Shown one piece after another: positions 9,647 to 17,845 of a stretch of DNA of 64,000 nucleotides. The translations under genes and the position numbers were made by a program. The notes below the pieces were generated by a model. The model was not told the DNA's origin. It saw only the letters and a program-made list of their open reading frames with translations, and did no database searches. Each line of letters opens with the position of its first letter. Positions within the stretch are counted from its first letter, which is position 1. This DNA comes from Alphaproteobacteria bacterium (lineage in GTDB: Bacteria; Pseudomonadota; Alphaproteobacteria; ATCC43930; Allostellaceae): the NCBI GenBank assembly GCA_020852355.1, contig JADZBA010000319.1:10513-74512 (forward strand), read 5' to 3'.

Positions 9647-10854
9647 ACACCGCCGAAGGGCCGCTGGTCATCGTCGGTGCCGGGCTCGCGGGGTTGCGGG
9701 TTGCCGAGGCCGCCCGCGCCGCCGGCTTTGCGAACCGCATCCTCCTGGTCAGCGACGAGCCGCACGCCCCCTATGACCGGCCGCCGCTGTCGAAGGCGGT
9801 CCTGCTCGCCGAAGGCCACGAGCGCGAAATCGCCCTCGCCCCCGGCGACAGCCTCGCCGAATCGCAGATCGAACTGCACACCGGCCGCGCCGTCACCGCC
9901 ATCGACCGCACCGCGCACCGCGTGATCTTGGCCGGCGGCGAGGCGCTGTCCTACGGCACGCTGGTACTGGCGACCGGATCGCGCGTGCGCACGCTGCCCT
10001 CCCTGCCGCCTGGCGCGCCCGGCGTGCATTACCTGCGCAGTCTCGACGACGCACTCGCTTTGCGCCGCGACCTCGCCGCGGCCAGCCGCGTCGCCATCGT
10101 CGGCGGCGGGATCATCGGCCTCGAGATCGCCGCCGCCTCTTCGTCGGGTCGCCAGGTAACGGTCATTGAACCGCAACCGCGCGTCATGGCCCGCGCGACG
10201 GCGCCCGCGGTGTCTGACTATTTCGAGCGGCGTCATCGCGAAGCGGGCGTAACATTTCTTTTCGGTGCAACGATCGCCGATGCGGCGCGCAACGAAGCCG
10301 GCTGGACGCTGCGCCTCTCGCAAGGCCCCGACCTCATCGCCGACATCGTCGTCGTCGGCGTCGGCGTCCTTCCGAACACCGAGCTTGCTGCCGCCGCCGG
10401 ACTGGAGGTCGCGCCCGGCGGCATCGTCGTCGACGCGCACGGCCGCACCGGCGATCCGCACATCTTCGCGGCGGGCGAGGTCGCGCTGCATGTCAACACG
10501 CGCCACGGCCGGCACGAGCGCCAGGAAACCTGGGCCCATGCCGCCGCGCATGGCGCGCATGTCGGCCGCAGCCTCCTCGCGCCGGACGAAGGCTATGCCG
10601 AGACCGCTTCCTACTGGACCGATCAATACGACATCAATCTCCAGGCCTGGGGCACGCCGATCGGCGAGACCGACATCGTCCGCGGCGACCCGGCCGGCGG
10701 CAAATTCCTGGTGTTCCACATCGTCGGCGGCGCGATCGCCGGCGTCAGCGCCGTCAACGCGGTTCGTGACCTGCGCACCGCAAAGAAGCTCCTCGGCCAT
10801 CCGCCCCCGCCCGACCTCGCCAACCCCGCCGTGCCCTTGAAAGCGCCGGGCTGA
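9643..10854 (+). CDS. Ferredoxin-NAD(P)+ reductase component of the Rieske oxygenase system (FAD-dependent pyridine nucleotide-disulfide oxidoreductase family)
   Basis: 403 aa from a GTG that overlaps the upstream stop (GTGA). Dinucleotide-binding motifs LVIVGAGLAGLRVAEAAR and VAIVGGGIIGLEIAAA. PYDRPPLSK motif as in BphA4/CarAd/putidaredoxin-reductase-like proteins. Confidence 0.85.
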   Translation: MNTAEGPLVIVGAGLAGLRVAEAARAAGFANRILLVSDEPHAPYDRPPLSKAVLLAEGHEREIALAPGDSLAESQIELHTGRAVTAIDRTAHRVILAGGEALSYGTLVLATGSRVRTLPSLPPGAPGVHYLRSLDDALALRRDLAAASRVAIVGGGIIGLEIAAASSSGRQVTVIEPQPRVMARATAPAVSDYFERRHREAGVTFLFGATIADAARNEAGWTLRLSQGPDLIADIVVVGVGVLPNTELAAAAGLEVAPGGIVVDAHGRTGDPHIFAAGEVALHVNTRHGRHERQETWAHAAAHGAHVGRSLLAPDEGYAETASYWTDQYDINLQAWGTPIGETDIVRGDPAGGKFLVFHIVGGAIAGVSAVNAVRDLRTAKKLLGHPPPPDLANPAVPLKAPG

Positions 10855-10861
10855 AGCCGGC

Positions 10862-11021
10862 CGTAAGCTCGTTCAGCCACAATCCTTTTTGCCATGGTGA
10901 GGTGCGACCCCGGACTTGACCCGGGGGAGCCTCGAACCACGCACAGCTCTTCAGGCGCGCAGGATAGAAACTGCGTGGTTCGAGGCTCGACGGCTCGCGC
11001 CGTCGCGCACCCTGGCACAAG
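10862..11021. repeat. REP/RIME-like intergenic palindromic element, family 1, full copy
   Basis: Nested inverted repeats: TTGCCATGGTGAGGTGCGAC / GTCGCGCACCCTGGCACAA and GAGCCTCGAACCACGCAC / CTGCGTGGTTCGAGGCTC. The left half recurs at 29109-29190. Confidence 0.7.
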
Positions 11022-11038
11022 GGGATTGGGCGCGAAGC

Positions 11039-11383
11039 TCAGTCCAGCGCTGCAAAAATCTCGCCGTCGACCACTTCGACCTTGTAGGTCTTCAGCCGCA
11101 CCCGGCAGGGCAGTTCGGTCGCTGCGCCGGTGCGGATGTCGAACGCGCCGCCGTGCAGCGGGCAGAAGATCTGTCCGTTCTCGACGTCGCCGTTGGCCAG
11201 CGAGACCAGGCCGTGGGTGCAGATGTCGTCGGTACAGAAATATTCCTCGCCCAGGCGATAGATGGCGTATTCCGTATCGCGGTCGCCCGGCGTCACCTGC
11301 ATCACGCCTTCCGGCGGCACCTCATCGGCCCGGCACATGCGGGTCAGCACGGTTGACTTGGGCTCTATCATCGTGGCGCTCAT
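11039..11383 (-). CDS. Rieske-type [2Fe-2S] ferredoxin component of a ring-hydroxylating oxygenase
   Basis: 114 aa from MSATMIEPKS. Rieske ligand motifs CTHG and CPLHGG. The upstream extension to 11461 in the ORF track is rejected. Confidence 0.85.
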   Translation of the reverse strand: MSATMIEPKSTVLTRMCRADEVPPEGVMQVTPGDRDTEYAIYRLGEEYFCTDDICTHGLVSLANGDVENGQIFCPLHGGAFDIRTGAATELPCRVRLKTYKVEVVDGEIFAALD

Positions 11384-11384
11384 G

Positions 11385-11399
11385 TGTATACAGTATACG
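11385..11399. promoter_or_regulatory. Regulon operator, site D: TGTATACAGTATACG
   Basis: Matches the palindrome at 11 of 14 positions. It abuts the ferredoxin start codon (11383) and lies in the divergent region toward the aspartate-dehydrogenase-like gene. Confidence 0.5.
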
Positions 11400-11487
11400 A
11401 CATACTGAATTGCTTCAAGCGGTCGCACAGATCGTGATATCGTTTGAGCCGAGGAAATCAACGCCGGACTTTTCCGGTGGTGGGGGA

Positions 11488-12309
11488 ATGTGGCGGATGC
11501 CCTATCGGGTCGGGGTTGCAGGTTTCGGCACCATCGGAAAGGCCGTCGGCCGCCGCTTGCTGGCGGGCGAGGTCGAAGGCATGGCGCTGGCGGCGATCGT
11601 CAGCGGCTCGCGCCGGAAAGCCGAGGCGGCATTGGCTGAGATGGGCGGCACGGCGGTTCCCGTCGTCTCGCCCCGGGAACTCGCCGATGCCTGCGACATC
11701 ATCGTCGAATGCGCCCCCACCGCCGCCTTCCTGGAGATCGCCGAGCCTGCCATGCGCGCCGGGCGCCAGATGGTGACGGTCAGTGCCGCGGCGCTGCTCG
11801 ACCACATGGAGATCGTCGACCTCGCCCGCCGCCACGGCGGCCGCGTCATCATGGCGACCGGCGCCTTGCTCGGCCTCGATGCCGTGCGCGCCGCCGCCAA
11901 GGGCACGATCCACGCGGTCACCATGATCACCCGCAAGCCCTCGAGATCGCTTGTCGGCGCGCCGCATCTTGCGAAGATCGGCGTCGACGTGATGGCGCTG
12001 ACCGAGCCGACGATGCTGTTCGACGGCAGCGCGCGCGACGGCGCCAGGGGTTTCCCCGCCAATGTGAATGTCGCCGCCGCCCTCGCCCTCGCCGGCATCG
12101 GGCCCGACCGCACGCGGCTCCAGATCTGGGCCGACCCGCATCTGGAGCGCAACACCCACGTCATTCAGGTCGACGCCGACTCGGCCTCGTTCGAGCTCCG
12201 CATCCAGAATGTGCCGTCGCCCGAAAAGCCCGGCACCGGCAAGATCACCGCCCTCTCGATGATCGCTGCGCTGGAGAGCCTCTCCTCGCCGCTCCGCGTC
12301 GGCACCTGA
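11488..12309 (+). CDS. Aspartate dehydrogenase-like (NadX/DUF108 family) NAD(P)-dependent dehydrogenase, paralogue 1
   Basis: 273 aa from MWRMPYRVGVAGFGTIGKAVG. Family-like C-terminal region NVAAALALAGIGPDRTRLQIWADP...HVIQVDADSASFELRIQNVPSPEKPGTGKITALS. The 471-aa ORF starting at 10894 runs through the REP element and is rejected. Confidence 0.75.
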   Translation: MWRMPYRVGVAGFGTIGKAVGRRLLAGEVEGMALAAIVSGSRRKAEAALAEMGGTAVPVVSPRELADACDIIVECAPTAAFLEIAEPAMRAGRQMVTVSAAALLDHMEIVDLARRHGGRVIMATGALLGLDAVRAAAKGTIHAVTMITRKPSRSLVGAPHLAKIGVDVMALTEPTMLFDGSARDGARGFPANVNVAAALALAGIGPDRTRLQIWADPHLERNTHVIQVDADSASFELRIQNVPSPEKPGTGKITALSMIAALESLSSPLRVGT

Positions 12310-12331
12310 GCGGCGCCCAAAGGATCGTCCC

Positions 12332-13033
12332 ATGACCGACAGCTTCGTTTTCGCGCCGGCTGCCATCCCCTCCGTCGCCGTGGCCGGCGACACGCGGCGT
12401 TTCCCGGTGCGCCGCATCTTCTGCGTCGGGCGCAACTACGCCGACCATGCCCGCGAGATGGGCAGCGATCCGGTGCGCGAACCGCCCTTCTTCTTCACCA
12501 AGCCCGCCGACGCCGTCGTCGACGACGGGACGGCGATTCCCTATCCCCCTGAGACCGCCAATCTCCACCATGAGATCGAGCTGGTCGTCGCGATCGGCCG
12601 CGCCGGGTTCAACGTCGCGCCGGCCGACGCCCTCGGCCTCGTCTTCGGCTATGCGGTCGGCCTCGACATGACGCGCCGCGACCTCCAGAACAAGGCGAAG
12701 GACACCGGCCGTCCCTGGGACTGGGGCAAGGCCTTCGATAATTCGGCGCCCTGTGCCGCCATCCGCCCGGTGGCTGAGATCGGTCATCCCGCTGGGGGCG
12801 CGATCACCCTCGACGTCAACGGCACGCGGCGCCAGACCGGCGATATCGCCGATCTCATCTGGCCGGTGGCCGACGTCATCGCGATCGTCTCGCGCTCGAT
12901 GGCCCTGAAACCCGGCGACCTCATCTACACGGGCACGCCGTCCGGCGTCGGCGCCGTCAGGCCCGGCGACCGTCTCGAAGGCCGCATCGCCGGCGTGGGC
13001 ACGCTCGCCGTCTCGATCGGCGAACCCGCGTGA
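12332..13033 (+). CDS. Fumarylacetoacetate hydrolase (FAH) family protein (fumarylpyruvate / acylpyruvate hydrolase or oxo-enoate hydratase/decarboxylase type)
   Basis: 233 aa. Motifs IFCVGRNYADHAREMG, HHEIELVVAIG, DMTRRDLQ and IYTGTPSGVG. Confidence 0.85.
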   Translation: MTDSFVFAPAAIPSVAVAGDTRRFPVRRIFCVGRNYADHAREMGSDPVREPPFFFTKPADAVVDDGTAIPYPPETANLHHEIELVVAIGRAGFNVAPADALGLVFGYAVGLDMTRRDLQNKAKDTGRPWDWGKAFDNSAPCAAIRPVAEIGHPAGGAITLDVNGTRRQTGDIADLIWPVADVIAIVSRSMALKPGDLIYTGTPSGVGAVRPGDRLEGRIAGVGTLAVSIGEPA

Positions 13034-13036
13034 GCC

Positions 13037-13702
13037 CTATTCCTCGTTGCTGTGCTCGCGATAATAGATCGCGAGAAAGTCCAGGAACTCGGTCGTCTCG
13101 TGGCGCGCCCCGGCCGCGTCGTGCTTCTGCGCCGCGGTCAGCAGGATCGCGTTGTGCTTGATCGAGCGCTCGCGGTTGGCCGCCGATTCGTGGATGCGGT
13201 TGCGCGCCATCTCGAACTGGTCGTCCACCATCGTCACGCAGCGCACCAGCAGGGTGTTCCTGCACATCGCGCGGAAGGTCACGCGGAAGTCGGAATTGGC
13301 CTTGTTGAAGGCGCGCACCCGCCCCGCGACATGCGCCGCCTGTTCCTGTTCGTGAAGCTTCGCGAGCTTGCGCAGCTCCTCGGGCTCGGCCTCCTCGACC
13401 GCATGCTCCGCCACCGCCGGTTCCAGCAGCCGCTTGACCTCCAGCCGCTCCATCGCCTCGCGCACCGTATAGGTCGGCGCCACGTAGCCCCGGTCGTTGC
13501 CTGCCAGCAGACCGTCGCGGGAGAGCTGGAACAGCGCCTCGCGCACCGGCGTCCGCGACACCCGGTATTTCTCGGCCAGTTCCACCTCGAGCAGGCGCTG
13601 GCCGGGCTCGAAGGTTCCGGACTTCAGGTCGTCTCGGATCAACTCGTAGACCTGATCCCGCAACCGCTCGACTTGGACGACGGTCCTTCCGACGCGAGCC
13701 AT
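13037..13702 (-). CDS. GntR-family transcriptional regulator, FadR/FCD subfamily; candidate master regulator of the 0.6-30 kb operator regulon
   Basis: 221 aa from MARVGRTVVQVERLRDQVYELIRDDLKSG. The wHTH reads LLEVELAEKYRVSRTPVREALFQLSRDGLL and is followed by an all-helical FCD-like C-terminus. Operator site E lies in its own upstream region. Confidence 0.85.
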   Translation of the reverse strand: MARVGRTVVQVERLRDQVYELIRDDLKSGTFEPGQRLLEVELAEKYRVSRTPVREALFQLSRDGLLAGNDRGYVAPTYTVREAMERLEVKRLLEPAVAEHAVEEAEPEELRKLAKLHEQEQAAHVAGRVRAFNKANSDFRVTFRAMCRNTLLVRCVTMVDDQFEMARNRIHESAANRERSIKHNAILLTAAQKHDAAGARHETTEFLDFLAIYYREHSNEE

Positions 13703-13786
13703 GTTCGCTCCCAGGTTAGCTGCCCGGCGGTCACGCGAATTCCGTACACCGCAACCGAACCGCGCAGGCTTCTGCTTACAGTCTTC

Positions 13787-13801
13787 TGTATCCAGTATGC
13801 T
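13787..13801. promoter_or_regulatory. Regulon operator, site E: TGTATCCAGTATGCT
   Basis: Matches the palindrome at 11 of 14 positions. It lies in the divergent region between the GntR gene (start 13702) and the FAD oxidoreductase gene (start 13833). Confidence 0.5.
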
Positions 13802-13832
13802 TGAACCGCAACGCAAAAATTTGACCTAGCGC

Positions 13833-15041
13833 ATGGACACGCAGAAAACCCTCCCCGCAGCGGCCGGCGATGCGTTCGCCGACGTGGTGATCGTGGGGGG
13901 CGGCGGCGTCGGCAGCGCCGTCGCCTATTTCCTCAGCGCCTTGGCCGGGCGAGCCTTGCGAATCGTCGTCTGCGAGCGCGACCCCAGCTACGCGCGGGCC
14001 GCGACCTGCCTCGCCGCCGGGGGCATCCGCCAGCACTTCTCCACGCCCGAGAATGTGCTGATGTCGCAGGCGGGCTACGACTTTCTGCTCCAGGCGCCGC
14101 ATCTGCTCGCCGTCAACGACATCGCGCCGGACATGGGGCTGAAGCCCCATCCCTATCTTCGTCTTGAGGCCGAGGCCGATGCGGCGCTGGTCCGCGAGCA
14201 GGCCGAAATGCAGCGCAGCCTCGGCGCCACCCCGGTGATTCTCGGCCGCGACGACCTCGCGCGGCGCTTCCCGTGGATGAATGTCGAGGACATCGGCATC
14301 GCCGTGCTGGGCGGCGCCTATGAAGGCGTTTTCGATCCCCAGGCTCTGCTCCATGCCTTTCGCCGCAAGGCGATCGCGCAGGGCGTCGTCTATCGCGCCG
14401 CGGAGGTCGTCGGCTTGCGGATGGCGCAGGGCGGCCGGATGGAAGCCGTCTGCCTCGCCGACGGCTCGGTCCTCCGCGCCGGCCTCATCGTCAATGCGGC
14501 CGGGGCACGGGCCGGCGCCGTTGCGGCGATGGCGGGGATCGACCTGCCGGTCGGTCCGCTCAAGGCGCACACCTTCGCCTTCCAGGCGGCCGATCCCGTT
14601 CCCGGCTGCCCGATCGTCCTCGACCATGTCGCGCATCTGAACTTCAAGCCCGAAGGCCATCTCTTCCTGGCGGCCTCGCCGCGCGAGAGCGTCCTTCACG
14701 GCGACGACGATTACGACGTCGCGCCCGATCTCTTCGAGAACCATGTCTGGCCGGCGCTGGCCCATCGCGTGCCGCGCTTCGAACGGCTCAGGCTGCAACG
14801 CGGCTGGGTCGGGCATATCGAATGGAACGCCTTCGACGGCAATCCGGTCCTCGGGCCACACCCCGCATGCGCCAATTTCGTCTTCGCCTGCGGCCTCAGT
14901 GGCCACGGCGTCCAGCACCTCGTCGCGGTCGGCCGTGCCATTGCCGAGCTGCTGGTCCATGGCGGCTACCGCAGCCTCGACCTCGCGCGCTTCGCCTACG
15001 GACGCATCGCTGCCGATGCGCCCGTGCGGGAACTCGTCTGA
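13833..15041 (+). CDS. FAD-dependent oxidoreductase (DAO / sarcosine-oxidase-beta-like family)
   Basis: 402 aa. N-terminal FAD-binding motif DVVIVGGGGVGSAVAYFLS, with overall resemblance to the DAO family. Confidence 0.75.
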   Translation: MDTQKTLPAAAGDAFADVVIVGGGGVGSAVAYFLSALAGRALRIVVCERDPSYARAATCLAAGGIRQHFSTPENVLMSQAGYDFLLQAPHLLAVNDIAPDMGLKPHPYLRLEAEADAALVREQAEMQRSLGATPVILGRDDLARRFPWMNVEDIGIAVLGGAYEGVFDPQALLHAFRRKAIAQGVVYRAAEVVGLRMAQGGRMEAVCLADGSVLRAGLIVNAAGARAGAVAAMAGIDLPVGPLKAHTFAFQAADPVPGCPIVLDHVAHLNFKPEGHLFLAASPRESVLHGDDDYDVAPDLFENHVWPALAHRVPRFERLRLQRGWVGHIEWNAFDGNPVLGPHPACANFVFACGLSGHGVQHLVAVGRAIAELLVHGGYRSLDLARFAYGRIAADAPVRELV

Positions 15042-15042
15042 G

Positions 15043-16308
15043 CTAGCGTTTCTCCGCCTCGGCGGGGAAGGCCGGCAGCATCAGCATCAGGATGCAGATG
15101 ACCGTGACGCCGATGCCGGCGAACAGGAACGGCATCTGGTAATTGCCCCACGCATCGAACGCGACACCGAAGAGATACGGCCCCAGCGCAATGCCGATCA
15201 TGAACATGCCGTAGACCGCGCCGAAGATCTGGCCGTAGCTCTTCAGGCCGAAATAGCGCCCGACGACATAGCCGATGAAGTCCGATTCCGCGCCGCTGCC
15301 GATCGTGATCAGCAGCGTCGCGAGGATCGCGACGATCAGCGTCGGCTCGGCGGCATAGCCGAAGGCCGAGACGGCGGCGATGCTGAAGATGACGGCCGAG
15401 ACATAGGGCGCGAAGAAGCGGTCGAACAGGAAGCCTGCGCCGACCCGCGCCACGATGCCGAGCGCTCCGTCGATCGCGAGGATCAGCGCCAGCAGCCAGG
15501 CCGCCATGCCGAAATCGCCCAGCAGCGGTGCGGTGTGGATGCCGATCGCCTGGAGGCAGCTCGACATCAGCAGCGCCATCGCCAGCAGCAGCCAGAAGGC
15601 CTGCGTCCGCATCGCTTCGCCCATCGTGAGGCCGGGCAGGTTCGCGGCCGCGACCGGTCCGCCGCCGCGCGGCCGCCGAACCTCGCCGGGCGCCGGGCGG
15701 ATCAGGAACAGCGCGATCGGCAGTCCGACCACCAGCGGCAGCAGCGCCAGTCCCCAAAAGCCGCCCTGCCAGCCGAAGGCGTCGATCAGCAGCACGCCCA
15801 GCGGCGAGGTGATCGTCGTTCCCAGCGGAATGCCGGCGGAGGAAATGCCGAGCGCCAGGCCGCGCTTGTCGTTCAGCGGCCCGGTGAACCAGCCTGAAAG
15901 CAGCCGCACATAGGCGATGACGTTCGAGCCGGCGCCGAAGCCGGCGATCGCCGCATAGGCGAGATAGAGCCCCCAGATGTCGCCCTCGCCGATCATCAGC
16001 GGCGTCGCCGCGACGAAGAGGCCGTAGAGCAGCAGCGAGGTCACCAGCACCGGCTTCACGCCGAAGCGGTCGATCAGCCCGCCGACGAACGGATTGGCCG
16101 CCGCCATCGAAAGGGCGGCGATCGAGAGCGACAGCGCGATGTCGCCGCGGGCCCAGCCGAAGGTCTCGCCCAGCGGCTTCATGAAGACGCCGACATTCAC
16201 CAGGATGACGGAGGTCGAGCAGCACATCGTGCCCAGCAGCGCGGCGCCGACCATGAACCATGCCTGCCGGCTGAGACTGCGCTCGGCGACAGGTTGGGTG
16301 ACCGTCAT
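15043..16308 (-). CDS. MFS transporter (12-TM type, aromatic-acid / oxalate-formate-antiporter-like)
   Basis: 421 aa from MTVTQPVAERSLSRQAWFMVGAALLG, hydrophobic throughout. GGAGG lies upstream of the ATG at 16308. The 877-aa ORF extending to 17676 is an antisense artefact over the Rieske gene. Confidence 0.8.
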   Translation of the reverse strand: MTVTQPVAERSLSRQAWFMVGAALLGTMCCSTSVILVNVGVFMKPLGETFGWARGDIALSLSIAALSMAAANPFVGGLIDRFGVKPVLVTSLLLYGLFVAATPLMIGEGDIWGLYLAYAAIAGFGAGSNVIAYVRLLSGWFTGPLNDKRGLALGISSAGIPLGTTITSPLGVLLIDAFGWQGGFWGLALLPLVVGLPIALFLIRPAPGEVRRPRGGGPVAAANLPGLTMGEAMRTQAFWLLLAMALLMSSCLQAIGIHTAPLLGDFGMAAWLLALILAIDGALGIVARVGAGFLFDRFFAPYVSAVIFSIAAVSAFGYAAEPTLIVAILATLLITIGSGAESDFIGYVVGRYFGLKSYGQIFGAVYGMFMIGIALGPYLFGVAFDAWGNYQMPFLFAGIGVTVICILMLMLPAFPAEAEKR

Positions 16309-16339
16309 ATCGACCAAGGGAGCCTCCGCGCTGGAAAAC

Positions 16340-16354
16340 TGAATACTGCATACA
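16340..16354. promoter_or_regulatory. Regulon operator, site F: TGAATACTGCATACA (reverse complement TGTATGCAGTATTCA)
   Basis: Matches the palindrome at 11 of 14 positions and lies 32 nt upstream of the MFS start codon. Confidence 0.5.
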
Positions 16355-16450
16355 TTTGTCGGGGTCCGCCAGCATCTTCTGCATTTCCTTGGGCTTTGGT
16401 GCAGCGCGCAAGGAAAAAATGTCACGCCGGCGTGCCCTCGGGTTGACAAA

Positions 16451-16465
16451 TGCATGCGGTATGCA
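16451..16465. promoter_or_regulatory. Regulon operator, site G: TGCATGCGGTATGCA, immediately downstream of a TTGACA hexamer (16443-16448)
   Basis: Matches the palindrome at 13 of 14 positions and lies upstream of the alpha-only Rieske oxygenase gene. Confidence 0.55.
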
Positions 16466-16530
16466 AACGTGCGCCCGCCGTCGCGTTGCAGTGCGACAAG
16501 GCAGCAGCCGCCAGCGAACGAGGAAGGTCG

Positions 16531-17805
16531 ATGTTCACCCAGCAGGACAACGAGGATCTCACGCGCGTCGGCCCCGGCACGGTGATGGGCGAATATCTCC
16601 GCCGCCACTGGCAGCCCTTCCTCATCGCCGATGAAGTGGCGCTGGCCGACGGCGCGCCGATGCGCACGCGCCTGCTGGGCGAAGACCTCATCGTCTTCCG
16701 CGATTCGAAGGGCCGTCTCGGCCTCCTCGACCGCTACTGCCCGCATCGCCGGGTCGATCTCTTCTTCGGGCGCAACGAGGAGTGCGGGCTGCGCTGCGTC
16801 TATCACGGCTGGAAGTTCGACGTTGAAGGCAACGTCATGGACATGCCCGCCGAGCCCGCCAACTCGCCGCTGCGCGACGAGGTGAAGATCAAGTCCTATC
16901 CGGTCATGGAATGGGGCGGCGTGATCTGGGCCTATATGGGTCCGAAGGAACACATGCCGGAGCGGCCGCCCGAGCTCGAATGGGGCCTGGTCCCGGCCGC
17001 CAACCGCCATGTCGGCAAGCGGCTTCAGGAGAATAATTTCGCGCAAGGCGTCGAGGGCGGCATCGATTCGAGCCATGTCGGCATCCTGCATTCGATGCTC
17101 GACCCCTCGAACCCGAACGCCTCGTTCCGCGAACGCCAGCGCGCGATCGACCCCAAGGTCTCCTATCTCGCCAGGGACACCGCGCCTAAATTCTTCGTCC
17201 GCAACACCTCCTATGGCCTGCGCATCGGCGCCCGCCGCAATGCGTCGGACACGGAATATTACTGGCGCATCACCCAGTTCCTCGCGCCGTTCTATACGAT
17301 GATCGCCCCGCGCGATCCGATGTCGCCGATCGCCGGCCACGCCTGGACACCGATCGACGACCACAACACCTGGACCTTCACCTTCCACTGGCACCCGAAG
17401 AACCCGCTGGACTCGAACTACGATCCCCAGTCGGTGAACGTGCCGGTGCACCCGGACGGCTCGTACCGTCCCATCAACAACCGCTCGAACAATTACGGCA
17501 TCAACCGCGACACCCAGCGGCTCTACAGCTCCAGCGGCATCGAGGGCATCGGCCTCCAGGACTCGGCGATCCAGGAGACGATGGGGCCGATCGTCGACCG
17601 CTCCCGGGAAATCCTCGCTTCCGGCGACGCGGCGATCGTCGCCTGGCGCAAGCTGATGCTGCAACAGGCCCGTCACCTGAAGGAAACCGGCGAAGTGCCG
17701 CTGCCCAAGCAGCCTGAGCTCTACCGGGTCCGTTCGGCCGGCATCGTCCTGCCGCGCGGCGTCGACTTCGAGGAAGGCGCCCGCGAGCTGATGAAAGTCG
17801 CCTGA
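16531..17805 (+). CDS. Rieske [2Fe-2S] non-haem iron oxygenase, alpha-only (phthalate / VanA / KshA-like family)
   Basis: 424 aa from MFTQQDNEDLTRVGPGT, with AGGAAGG upstream. Rieske motif CPHRRV...CVYHGW. Iron motif DSSHVGILH (D-x2-H-x4-H). No adjacent beta subunit gene. Confidence 0.88.
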   Translation: MFTQQDNEDLTRVGPGTVMGEYLRRHWQPFLIADEVALADGAPMRTRLLGEDLIVFRDSKGRLGLLDRYCPHRRVDLFFGRNEECGLRCVYHGWKFDVEGNVMDMPAEPANSPLRDEVKIKSYPVMEWGGVIWAYMGPKEHMPERPPELEWGLVPAANRHVGKRLQENNFAQGVEGGIDSSHVGILHSMLDPSNPNASFRERQRAIDPKVSYLARDTAPKFFVRNTSYGLRIGARRNASDTEYYWRITQFLAPFYTMIAPRDPMSPIAGHAWTPIDDHNTWTFTFHWHPKNPLDSNYDPQSVNVPVHPDGSYRPINNRSNNYGINRDTQRLYSSSGIEGIGLQDSAIQETMGPIVDRSREILASGDAAIVAWRKLMLQQARHLKETGEVPLPKQPELYRVRSAGIVLPRGVDFEEGARELMKVA

Positions 17806-17845
17806 TCTGCCGTGATTTTGCGTTCACTTCCTGGGGGTATTTGAG

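Noticed and set aside
10894-11487. An N-terminal 198-codon extension of the aspartate-dehydrogenase-like ORF, giving the 471-aa version in the track
   Set aside because: The extension runs through the REP-like palindromic element and antisense across the Rieske ferredoxin gene. The Rossmann motif begins right after the internal ATG at 11488.
11488-12309. Reading the two DUF108 genes as NAD-biosynthetic nadX
   Set aside because: No nadA or nadC neighbours are present, there are two divergent copies, and both sit directly behind catabolic-regulon operators. They are kept as aspartate-dehydrogenase-like with unknown substrate.
16309-17676. An upstream extension of the MFS ORF, giving the 877-aa version 15043-17676
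   Set aside because: The extension is antisense to the Rieske oxygenase gene and crosses the operator-bearing intergenic region. The ATG at 16308 has a GGAGG upstream, and the protein from there is a complete 12-TM-like MFS.
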